A DNA stretch of 63,179 nt, the filler included, from Octopus bimaculoides (taxonomy: Eukaryota), in assembly GCF_001194135.2 (NCBI RefSeq). It is 4 parts of 4 records of this genome, joined end to end, with 100 filler letters (N's around TTAATTAATTAA, not from the genome) between each part and the next. Parts side by side here need not be neighbours in the genome. Positions count along the whole stretch, not along the records: positions 1 to 28,505 come from NC_068981.1; 3 more parts are not named here. One strand, given 5' to 3'. A model generated the notes under the pieces. The model did no database searches and was not told the origin of the DNA. It was given only the letters and a program-made list of their open reading frames with translations. This document shows, one piece after another, positions 1 to 11,625 of this stretch. A program made the position numbers and the translations under genes. Each line of letters starts with the position of its first letter. Within the stretch, counting starts at the first letter, position 1.

Positions 1-79
<79 letters not shown>
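1..79 (+). repeat. (TAA)n microsatellite
   Basis: Pure TAA repeat read directly. Confidence 0.98.
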
Positions 80-1010
80 CCTTTATACTATAGGCACAAG
101 GCATATTGTCCAAGATATGAGTTTTAGCATTTGCTATGGGAAAATATTTTATACATTTATCAGTTTCTAAACGTAATGGTCAATTTATCTGAGTTTAATC
201 TTCTGGCTGGTGTTAACGCCAACTGTAAGCTGAGTTTCAGCTTTCAAACTTAAAAATAAATTTTTCCTTGCATATTGGAACATTGACTGCTATGACATTG
301 ATTTATTTTTTTACTTACACAGAAATCTCCTTTAAAAGCGAAAAGTGGATTTCATCATTTCTGTATTAGTTCTCACAATTGAAAAGCAGCGATAAAAGAC
401 GACTGAATTGATTCCTAATATATTATTGATAGGCATTTGATCGACCCTGGTTGAATAAAAGTCAAAATCGATTGCAATCAACAATATTTGAAGTCAGATC
501 TACACGTCAAGACCTATAAACCATCAATCATATTCTCCTCCTCTGTGAAATCGATAACAACCCCATTTCCAATATCCTTTAAAATTTTCAGAACTGTTAT
601 ACAGATGATGTACGATGTGCAATCGTGACTGAATGGTTAAAAAGTGTGCAGTTCGATCCTTCTGAGTGACACGTTGATGGAATAAATTACTTCTTTTATT
701 GCTTCGAGTTAATGAAAGCATTGACAGAATCAGCACGTCGAACAAAAAAGCATTGCAGTATTTATTTACGTCTCTTTACGTTCTCATCCCATCCCTTCTC
801 GCTCAAGTTGACTTTACTTTTCCTCACACCTAGATCGATAAATTAAATACTAATGTATTGGGATCGATATGTTTTACAAATACCCTTGAAAGTGTTGCCC
901 CAGCATTAATTGAAACCAGAAAAAGAGTAAGAAAATATCTGATACTCAATATTTTTATATTCAGAATATGTAAATAATTAATCAAGTTAACCCTAGTATA
1001 TTATAGGTTC

Positions 1011-1396
1011 GAGTGGAGGCGCAATGGCCCAGTGGTTAGGGCAGCGGACTCGCGGTCATAGGATCGCGGTTTCGATTCCCAGACCGAGCGTTGTGAGTGT
1101 TTATTGAGCGAAAACATCTAAAGCTCCACGAGGCTCCGGCAGGGGATGGTGGCGAACCCTGCTGTACTCTTTCACCACAACTTTCTCTCACTCTTACTTC
1201 TCGTTTCTGCTGTGCCTGTAATTCAAAGGGTCAGCCTTGTCACACTGTGTCACGCTGAATATCCCCGAGGACTACGTTAAGAGTACACGTGTCTGTGGAG
1301 TGCTCAGCCACTTGCACGTTAATTTCACGAGCAGGCTGTTCCGTTGATCGGATCAACTGGAACCCTCGACGTCGTAAGCGACGGAGTGCCAACAAC
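1011..1396 (+). mobile_element. tRNA-derived SINE, full length, with 11-bp target-site duplication
   Basis: Pol III A box TGGCCCAGTGG (1025-1035), B-box-like GGTTTCGATTCC (1068-1079), GC-rich body, short CAA tail; ATTATAGGTTC at both 1000-1010 and 1397-1407. Confidence 0.92.
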
Positions 1397-2237
1397 ATTA
1401 TAGGTTCTTAATACATCGACAACAGACAGCTTTGAAATAATATAAATAAGACACCGAACAAGATTTTCTTTGCTGCATCCAGTTCAGGCTACTTCTGTTC
1501 TATTAATTCAGATATTACTATCATTTATTTGTTATTTATACTAAAAGCTAGTAGGAGATTGTATCAACTGTCGGTGTAAATTTTCTCTGCTTATATATTC
1601 AACAGGCTGCTATAATTGCTAGTTCAATGTGTCCATCGAACCACTGCTGCGTACAGAATTTTAAATCTAGTATCGGTTCATTGAATTATTGCAATGTGCT
1701 GAGTGTATAATGAGCGTTAATAATACAAATATCATTTCGAATAGACTCGGTGCGACTTTTTCGAGATCACGTTGTTTCTGTTTAAAATAGATTGCGAAGA
1801 GATGGACAGAGAGAAAGAGTAGAACGGAGAAAGAGCGCAAGAGAAGTAGTCGCACTTAGCGGTGTGATTTGACATTTTCTCTTAAAAATGTATCAATGTT
1901 ACTGACTTACGTTAATGTTAGGAATGTGTTAGTGTAGATGTGTTCTAGAAAGCTAGTCTTAGAGGTTAAAGGTGTTAGATTCTGTAATCATATGCAGCTG
2001 TACACTCGAGCGATTATAAATAATAAATCTGTAGTGGAAAATATTCCCGGTTGTCGTTAGCAATATATCATTAAACTCACATTCTATATACTTTAGTTAA
2101 TGACTACAATTTCTATTTGCGTTAAAAGATCCTTCTTAAAAAGTATTAGAATATCCCCCAATTGACGATCAATTACACAAGACGACAAATATTATTTGGT
2201 CGAAACTACTTCATAAAGGATTATTCTTTGTAAACTT

Positions 2238-2309
2238 TTGTCATTTATGCAATATGGTTGTCATTTATGCAATATGGTTGTCATTTATGCAATATGGTTG
2301 TCATTTATG
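2238..2309 (+). repeat. 20-bp minisatellite, about 3.6 copies
   Basis: TTGTCATTTATGCAATATGG three times plus a 12-bp partial copy. Confidence 0.95.
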
Positions 2310-2422
2310 TACTATGTAAGGGAGAGAGGAATTATACGTAAGATATTTTAGTACATGTACGGAATCACAGAAGAAAATACTGAAAATAACAGAATATATA
2401 TATATATAAATATATATATATT

Positions 2423-2768
2423 CACCTTGGGCAAGTATCTTCTAATATAGCCTCGGGCCGACCAAAGCCTTGTGAGTGGATTTGGTAGACGGAAACTGAA
2501 AGAAGCCCGTCGTATATATGTATATATATATGTATGTGTGTATGTGTTTGTGTGTCTGTGTTTGTCCCCCCCAACATTGCTTGACAACCGATGGTGGTGT
2601 GTTTACGTCCCCGTAACTTAGCGGTTCGGAAAAAGAGACCGATAGAATAAGTACTAGGCTTCCAAAAGAATAAGTCCTGGGGTCGATTTGCTCGACTAAA
2701 AGGCGGTGCTCCAGCATGGCCGGAGTCAAATGACTGAAACAAGCAAAAAAGTAAAAGAGTAAAAGAGT
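2423..2768 (+). mobile_element. SINE family A, 5'-truncated copy with internal microsatellite
   Basis: Shares CACCTTGGGCAAG...GCCTCGGGCCGACCAAAGCCTTGTGAGTGGATTTGGTAGACGGAAACTGAAAGAAGCCCGTCG and tail GCGGTGCTCCAGCATGGCC...TGACTGAAACAAG with other copies in the window. Confidence 0.88.
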
Positions 2769-3521
2769 ATATATAATCCGAATAATAAGAAGACAAAGAA
2801 ATTCTTTAACGCATATTTAATTATTTGTTACAATTATTTTTGTACTAACTTTGCTTGCAACGCCAGGTTACGCAAAAATTCGAAGTGAAAATTTACGTAA
2901 TGTTTGCGGTTTTAGACATTTGAGAGGTACCTCATCAGACTTGCATCGAAGGGGTGCTTTCACATTCTGCGTCGTCTTCAGATCTTGTTTCTTGGCTTAT
3001 ATCGGGAGGAAACAAAAATAAATAGATAAAAGTGTGATCATGAGAGCGGTGAGTTTACATGCACTCTGACTATCATAGAGTCAGGTAAAAGACAGTGCAA
3101 TAAAGCAAAATGAAAACTCTGTTCATATATGCACGCATATATTTATTGATATATGAACAAATATACACTTCTTACATACTTACTATTTTTAAGGACAGAA
3201 AAGTAAAATAATAAATGAAAATTACATGCATATATCTATTTATATGTGCAAATATATACACTTCTTACCTTTTAACTTTTATTAAAAAAAAACAAATATA
3301 TAATACGATAAAATCATTCCATTTTCTGTCATTTATCTATTTACATAAACTTTTTAGATACAAACTCATTATATAAACTCTACAGATTCCGGATGTATAT
3401 CCAGTAGCAAGAGCATCAGGTAGCAAGATGACATCAGGTAGCCAATAGTTGTGGACGAGCTTTGCTTATCCTACTACAAGGTTTTTATCCGAATTTTCTT
3501 TAACTATGTGCGTACATACAC

Positions 3522-3908
3522 ATAGGCATAGACGTGGTTGTGTGGTAAGAAGCTTGCCTTCCGGCTACATGATTCCGGGTTCAGTCTCACAGCGTGTCAC
3601 TTTAGGCAAGTGTTTTCTACTATAGCCTCGGGCCGACCAAAGCCTTGTGTGTGGATTTGGTAGACGGAAACTGAAAAGAAGTGCGTCGTATATGCATATA
3701 TCTATGTATGTCTTCGTGTCTGTGTTTGTCTCCGACCACCTCTTGACAACTAGTGTTGGTTTTTTTACGTCCCCGTAACTTAGCGGTTCGGCAAAATATA
3801 TCGATAGAATAAGTACCAGGCTTTAAAAAAAGTACTGGGATCGATTCATTCACCTAAGAATTCTTCAAAGCGGTGCCCCAGCACCGTAGTCACACGACTG
3901 AATCAAGT
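3522..3908 (+). mobile_element. SINE family A, near full length
   Basis: Degenerate tRNA-like head (TGGTTGTGTGG ... GGGTTCAGTCTC), same body and tail as 2423-2768. Confidence 0.88.
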
Positions 3909-3912
3909 TATA

Positions 3913-3956
<44 letters not shown>

Positions 3957-4639
3957 GTACATATAACACATCGTATCCTATATGTTTCATACTGAGATAG
4001 TTAAAACCTTTTCTGTGGGGTTAGAAATTACTCCACTAGTCAGTTTGTTGGTGACTACGAAGGCCAATTAAAACTAGACTATTGTTCATATATATCAGAC
4101 ATTGCTTCAGTTGTTGCTACCCTTACAAACAACCTAGTATTCATCCTAATGATAACTATTTGACTGATCAACAAAGACTTATGAACACAATAATTGCTGA
4201 CATTTTGTCTCTGCTACTGCTAGAATATTCATTGCTCAATAATCGTTAATCTAGAAATTTGATTATTATCTCTCTCTCTATCTATTTATTTACCTATCAA
4301 CCCCTCCCTCCTTCTCTCTCTCTCCCTCTCTCTCTTTTTCACTGACCCCACAATGTCTTATGCTCTTCCTAACCACATTTTTTGTGATATCGTCCTACAG
4401 AAATTTGAGGTATATATTTTCACCATACGTATCGTATCAGTCTGATTAGGCTCACAAAAGCTATGAGCATTGCTCTTCTTTTCTACTCGATAAATTCTTT
4501 CTATTATAGGCTTCTTTCCATCAATGGAAGTTAGAATTGGTGAACATTATCGTTGCCTGACCTTCATTCACCCTTGTACAACATTTCGTCATAACACTGA
4601 TCAATTTAATTTTTTCTCTCAAATCTTTAAGTAAGACTC

Positions 4640-4996
4640 TATGCTTCAGAAGTTCGCTTCGAAATCACGTGATTTTAGTTTCAGTTCTACTACTCGGTAC
4701 ACGTGAAAAAGTGTCTTCTACTATAATTTGGACCAACTAATACCGTATGAGTAAATTCGAGAAACGGTAACTGTGTGGAATTCCCCTCCTATACATGTGT
4801 ATGTATGAGTGAGTGTGTATTTGTGTGTATATGTATATATGTGTGCGTGTCTTTGTTTGCCTCCCTGTAACTTACCAGTTCAGCAAACGTGCACAATAGA
4901 ATATGTACCAACTTTGAAGGAATAAGAATGGATTCGAGTAAACCGTTCAAAGGGATGCCCCATTACGAACACAATCCAGTGACTGAAACAAGTAAA
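4640..4996 (+). mobile_element. SINE family A, old degenerate copy
   Basis: Collinear remnants: AAGTGTCTTCTACTAT, internal (TG)n, ATAGAATATGTACC, TGACTGAAACAAGTAAA. Confidence 0.6.
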
Positions 4997-6234
4997 TGAG
5001 CAGTATTCCATCACAGGATGCGTCGTAGGAATAAATCTTGTCCAGCAGTAGACCATTACTTTATTTTATCGCACTGGGGTGGGGGGGATCAAATGCAAAG
5101 TTTTAATCTGAGTTCAGCGAGACTTGAACTCAGAGCGATATGGTGCAGATTTTTTTCTCATTAGACCCCAAATATGAATATACATCTCTTTACAGAAAAT
5201 ATCAGTTGATGAATAACTAAGCGTTAGTTCATTGTAGAGAATTGTATTGAGGTACTGCTGTGAATTATATTTCTTACAAAAGAAGCTGAAAAATAGTCAT
5301 CAAATGACTTCATGAGGGCTAACAACAAATCAGAGATTTCGAATGAAAATCCTGAGCGGACACTTCATATGTACAAATCTTAAGAACAAACAATATATAA
5401 GTAAACAAAAATAAAGAAAAGAGATAATTATTCGGATTAGACAATAAATCACCAATTTTGAATGAAAATTCTAAGAACGAACATATCATTTGTACAGATC
5501 TTAATAGCATACTATACGTAAACAGTGTAATTTTTATTAAGTTGCTAGGAAAATATTTACTAAATATTAGAACTAATTGTTACATTTTATTTATTTCTCA
5601 ATATATTTTCTATATATCTACGTCTTGTAGATCCACTGATTTACCATGATTATTTCTCGTCTGTATGTATAATGTTTTATTGTCTTCTCTCCAATTTCAT
5701 TGCACCATCAAAAGACAATAAAAATAATCGATATAAGATTTCTTTCTTACTTTCATTTTGTTCTTATTTTATTTTTAATTCATTTTATTTTACAACTAGT
5801 CTGATTGGAAGCTTCTATTGGAAAGATAATTAACAGTGATCTCTTCAGTAGTACCAATGGTAATCTGTGGGGAAAAAGAAATACAATAAAATAGAGTCTT
5901 TTATAAAAGATTTAAGACTCTCAGTAGACGTTTTGCTGCTGAGATAACATTTCCAGAAGCTAAGACTACCGGGATGTGATGTGAGAGTTGATAACAGTAA
6001 TAAACAAAGGTAAAAATAAAATTTAAAAAGTTGGCTAATATCAGTTCTTTCGTAATTAAAAAAAAACTTTTGCAACAGAAACGTTAATGCTAATGATTTT
6101 AAAACAAATTTAATCGGNNNNNNNNNNNNNNNNNNNNNNNNNNNNNNNNNNNNNNNNNNNNNNNNNNNNNNNNNNNNNNNNNNNNNNNNNNNNNNNNNNN
6201 NNNNNNNNNNNNNNNNNNNNNNNNNNNNNNNNNN

Positions 6235-6279
<45 letters not shown>

Positions 6280-6863
6280 TCCAACACACCAATACAGTAT
6301 TAGAATTTAAAACATTGCTATGTCGAGGTGTATAATTTTGTGTCTGCGTTGGTGTTTTCTTAATTTCTCAAAAGTTAGAGAACTAATCATTCCACTTCTT
6401 GTGAATTTCTGTGTATCTGGAAGCCGCATCATTTCTGCATCAGTGCACTGTTTAAACGAAATCTGACGAGAACTTAAGATATTTCGAAACTGTGGAGTCA
6501 CTATGAAACTAAAATGAAGAACATGAGTCATTCAACAGGGTGTCAGGCGACAAGGAGAATGCATGGTTGTATGTGTCTGATACAATATGATACAATGCTA
6601 TACATACATATACATGAATGCTCCAGCATGACCGCAGCCGCATGGCTAAAATGAGTAAAATAATATATATATATATATATAGTCAATTTGAGGATGTTAG
6701 ATCCACATTAGGGATCATATAATCCAAAAGATTCCACTGGTTAATCACTATCATATAAGGAGAAGGTCTCGACGATATGTTAGGGATTATTATAGTAACA
6801 CATATAATTAGTATTGAAAGAAAATAGAGGAATATATGGAAGTATAAATAATTTATTTCTATG

Positions 6864-6958
<95 letters not shown>
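6864..6958 (+). repeat. (AT)n(GT)n compound microsatellite
   Basis: Read directly. Confidence 0.95.
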
Positions 6959-6962
<4 letters not shown>

Positions 6963-7302
6963 CTTATAATTATAGAGTATTTGTATAATTTTACCTATAA
7001 AGGTTATTTTAACGCACCGACCTCCTTGGTAAAATTATTAATTAATTGATTGATTAATTAACTCATTTAATTGATTAATTTTACCCTTTTATCATTAATT
7101 TGAAATTATAATTTACTCCATGATAGAATACTGCAGTTTTCTGCGGTACTGCTCGTAATATACACGTGGGTACAAAGGATGAATAGTGTATTCACATTCG
7201 GTTGTGTAAAGTTTGGAAGTGTTGACTGGATATCTGTTGCACGATGTCACTCGTTCGTGTGCATATTTAACTCTAGCACTTTCAAATTTTATAATTGGAA
7301 AT

Positions 7303-7362
7303 GCTACACTGAAGAGAGAAGTAAGTAATTTAAACACTTTAATCTCGAAACGCGTCTGTGGC
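7303..7362 (+). ncRNA. Minimal type I hammerhead ribozyme motif
   Basis: Stem I GCTACA(7303-7308)/TGTGGC(7357-7362); core CTGAAGA (7309-7315); stem II GAGA/TCTC; GAA (7347-7349); palindromic stem III ACGCGT (7350-7355); GUC triplet with predicted cleavage after C7356. Confidence 0.8.
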
Positions 7363-7543
7363 TAATCGGAGTCGTGTTGGTTCATTGTTTTTCTCTTTGC
7401 CTACGTAAAAAAGGGTGTTACTGTCGTGGAGATTCTTACAGTAGTAGAAAAGGGTTTTTTAACTCCTATTTCTAAATTCGGTATGTGGTGAAGCAATTAG
7501 CTGACCCCTAGTTACAATTATGTTTATAATTTTAGAATATTTA

Positions 7544-7583
<40 letters not shown>

Positions 7584-7593
7584 NNNNNNNNNN

Positions 7594-7632
<39 letters not shown>

Positions 7633-7714
7633 GCATATAGATACATATACATATATATACATACAGATATATATACATATATATACATATAGATATATAT
7701 ACATATATATTTTC

Positions 7715-7758
<44 letters not shown>

Positions 7759-8170
7759 ATATATATACATATATATATACACACATATATACATCATACA
7801 AATAAATTATTTATACATCCATATTTCTCCATTTCCTTTCTTTCAATATTAATTATTTGTATTACTATAAAAATCCCTAACATATTGTTGAGACTTTCTC
7901 CTTATATGACAGTTAACGGGTACATTTATAGTTAGTGGGTATTTCATTCTTCTACAATAGTAGAGCTATAATGTTTGATATGCTCTCCGAGAAGACATGG
8001 TTAACACTACGACTTGTTCTGAAATTTCTGTCTAAGTTTGAGGCAGTAAACAAAAATCTAATCACAATTGTTGGCAACTCTTTGAAACCCTGCTGAGACT
8101 CACAAGTTTCATTCTTTGTGTACTGAATATCCCTAAAGATGATGTATATTTAAATGAATAAATGCATGCA

Positions 8171-8204
<34 letters not shown>

Positions 8205-8347
8205 NNNNNNNNNNNNNNNNNNNNNNNNNNNNNNNNNNNNNNNNNNNNNNNNNNNNNNNNNNNNNNNNNNNNNNNNNNNNNNNNNNNNNNNNNNNNNNNN
8301 NNNNNNNNNNNNNNNNNNNNNNNNNNNNNNNNNNNNNNNAAAATATA

Positions 8348-8532
8348 CTGTATAAAGGATCGTAGGTAAGGCCAAACCAATGCGAAGTAAATCACAACAA
8401 AAACAAATATGTGAATTACTGTAAACTTACCTTGTATTCAATATTTCGGTGCTATTTTCAAGAAATTGATGTATGTTGCCGATGTGCAACATTCTTCAAT
8501 TGTTTTGGCCTTACCTACCTACGATCCTTTAT

Positions 8533-8536
<4 letters not shown>
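8348..8536. mobile_element. MITE-like element with about 30-bp terminal inverted repeats, TA-flanked
   Basis: TGTATAAAGGATCGTAGGTAAGGCCAAA (8349-8376) matches the reverse complement of 8503-8535 apart from one extra GTAG unit; TA on both sides suggests a Tc1/mariner-type target. Confidence 0.7.
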
Positions 8537-8566
<30 letters not shown>

Positions 8567-8579
8567 TATACACGCACAT

Positions 8580-8627
<48 letters not shown>

Positions 8628-8677
8628 GCTCACACACGCACGCTCACACACGCACGCTCACACACGCATGTATATAT

Positions 8678-9123
8678 GGGCATGACTGTGCGGTAAAAAA
8701 TTTGCTTTTCAACTAAATGATTCCGTGTTTAGTCCCAGTGAGTGACATCTGCAAGTTTCTTCTACTGTATTCATGGGCCGATCAAACCCTAGTGAGTGTA
8801 TTTGGTAGACGGAATCTGAAAGAAACCCATCGTATATATTTACGTGTGTGTGTGTGTGTGTGTTTATGTGTGTATGTGTGCGTGCGTATGTGTGTGTGTG
8901 TCTTTATGTCTGCGTTTGTCTCCCGCCTACTGCTTGACAACCGGTGAGGGTGTCCGTATGTTACGTCCCCGTAATGTAGCGGTTCAGCAAAAGAGAGGAA
9001 TAGAATAAATACCAGGCTTTTACAAAATTAGTGCTGTAGATGATTTCTCCAGCTAAAAATCTTTAAGGCAGTGCTCCAGCTTGGGCACACTATTTTAACT
9101 GAAGCAATTAAGAGGTAAAAGAT
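8678..9123 (+). mobile_element. SINE family A, diverged full-length copy
   Basis: Head, GGGCCGATCAAACCCTAGTGAGTGTATTTGGTAGACGGAATCTGAAAGAAACCCATCG, internal (TG)n, TTACGTCCCCGTAA...GCGGTTC and GTGCTCCAGC tail collinear with family A. Confidence 0.8.
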
Positions 9124-9176
9124 ATTATGTGTGCATGTACGTATGTAAGTATATATATGTATGCATGCACGTGTAC

Positions 9177-9263
<87 letters not shown>

Positions 9264-9935
9264 TAATTTCTCGAGACAGTTGACATGTACAGGGAAGGAA
9301 CAGCGTAATTTTATTTGCAGCCAGGAAACTTCTATGGACGTATGTATCGGTTCGTTAACATCTCCCAGCATAGTGGAGTTTAAATTTGTCTGCTGATGAG
9401 GTACCACATTGTTAAAATTAGAAAATGAGTTAAGCATATTTTTAACCAATCATAATTTGCATAATTAAAAATAAAAGAGCAAACGGAAATAACTCAAAGC
9501 GGTTAATGCTGAGAAGTAGGATAATTACGTTAAAGGGTGATGTGTTGAACGCTATATACAATAAATATTTAATTTGCTGAAATTTCTCCCTGAGTTCGAG
9601 ATAGAAAACGTAAACCTAAAGGCAATCGTTTGTGACTGCCTAAGGGAATGGGGGAAATAGTTCGAGAAATTAAGAATATGTTCTCAAATTAATTTAATCT
9701 GATCTCATTCTTTTTACTTTCGGACAGAAAATAACTATCAACTTAACCTCACCAGTATAGTTTAAGCTGGCCTGCAGATGATGTGTCACATTGAGAAAAG
9801 GAGATTTAAGAATAATTTTGACGAAGGTCAACTTGTATTAGCAAAAACAAAAGGAGACATGAAACATAAATTAAAAGGAACGCTACCTTGAATGCCTCGT
9901 AAAAGTATACTATACCGACGGGGTCAAATCAACTG

Positions 9936-9939
<4 letters not shown>

Positions 9940-9979
<40 letters not shown>

Positions 9980-10106
9980 TTGTGTGTGCTTGTATGTGTG
10001 TGTTTGTGTGTGTGCACATATACAGTAAAGCATATTTACATATACATGGTATATACAAACATTTATCTATGTATACGTATAGATAGACAGACAGACAGAC
10101 AGACAC

Positions 10107-10185
<79 letters not shown>
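9940..10185 (+). repeat. (GT)n ... (AGAC)n(AGAT)n compound microsatellite block
   Basis: Read directly. Confidence 0.9.
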
Positions 10186-10745
10186 TTTTTTTATTTAATT
10201 CTTAAATTATTCATATAAATTAGTTGTATTGTAATAAAGACATATGACAATATCAATGAAATTTAAACAACAACAGTTACAGAAACTTGGGGTGTTTTTC
10301 TTGACAAAATATGGTATTTGTGAACACCCTAAGTATGTCTGCGCGTGATTTTGCTTTCTTTATTGTGTGATTTTTGTCTCCTGTGAATGGTGTGGGGGGT
10401 GCACGTAATAGCAGGTAGTTTTGCATTCTCCCTGTGTATATTTTGAGTTTTGTCTGTGTGCGTGTTCATGCGCGCGCGCATGCGTAATGGTGGATTATAT
10501 CTATGTTCTCTTCTGTTGCTGAGAAGAATAGGCGTTGTTGATTTGGTAGGTACTACGTTTATTCTGTTTTGTTTTGGAACCATCCTTACTAAATGACTGA
10601 TGCAAGGTTGGTATAAGTGCATAGCTATGTCTAGCGAATTGTGTGAGTGAGACTGACGTCATATGCTTATGATGTTGTTGTGTATATATTTTAGGTATAT
10701 ATTTTGTGTATATATTTTATGATGTTGTTGTGTATGTATTAAAGT

Positions 10746-10940
10746 GCTTTACAGTGGAATCCGGATGGATATAGAAAGAGGGGTAGGCCTAAGAACTCGT
10801 GGCGTAGAACACAAAAGGAATTAGAGAAAGGGGGACATTCATAATAGAGTATAAGTACAGAAGCGAAAAATTATGCGACATGGAATTCAGTTATAAGTGG
10901 CCTATATCCGCGCTGGAGGGTTACAAGCAAGAAAGATAAA
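10746..10940 (+). mobile_element. RTE-clade LINE, C-terminal fragment (pseudogenised)
   Basis: Translates to ALQWNPDGYRKRGRPKNSWRRT..KELEK...WNSVISGLY, matching the RTE ORF C-terminal motif ALxWxPxGxRxRGRPxxTWRR; two in-frame stops. Confidence 0.8.
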
Positions 10941-11594
10941 AAGAAAGAGTGGAGAAGCCCTATATAGAGAGAGAGAGAGATTAAAAGGAATAGAGAGGTG
11001 AACGATTCCTTGCAGTTCTCATTTCGAGAAATTACATAGATTTATTCTTTTGGCACATTCACAGATAGTTTGTTCACCAATGCTTTGCACCATTTCTTAA
11101 GAACGTGCTTAATATTTTGAGTATAAAAAGATATCAGGAAACAGAGAATTTGAGAAATTATGAAAAGAACGTAATGAAACAGCAGACACAAATTTTTATA
11201 TAGAAATATGTGTCTAATACAAGAGAACATTATAAAGAATTTCATTTTAGTTTTGCAATATTTTCGCTGACGGAAGGTGCAAAGTGGGATTGACTTGATT
11301 CAAAGAAAACTTGTCAGCTTGGTTAGGCTGTTTGATATTTCCTGATATGTTCGATTTTGTTCGCGTATTTTTCTAGTATTGAACCTAAAAGTTATGAAAA
11401 TCTCGGTTAAGAATTAAGAAGAATATAAATAAAATTCTCTCTGCAATATATTTGTAATTTTGACGAGAAAATTATTTATAGATATTGGATTAATGGAAAA
11501 TATCAAATATAACGCAAAAGATAACAAATTACTATTCATAGAAAAAGGGTTAATGAAAATATATAAAAAAAAAGATATTTTGTATAATAATAAC

Positions 11595-11625
<31 letters not shown>

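Noticed and set aside
2238-2309. CRISPR-like array
   Set aside because: Contiguous 20-bp units without spacers, in eukaryotic DNA; an ordinary minisatellite.
6370-6470. Second Merlin fragment (RELIIPLLVNFCVSGSRIIS)
   Set aside because: Only a short, loose resemblance to the TLLPII...PGSxIISD motif; the catalytic Asp and flanking motifs are absent.
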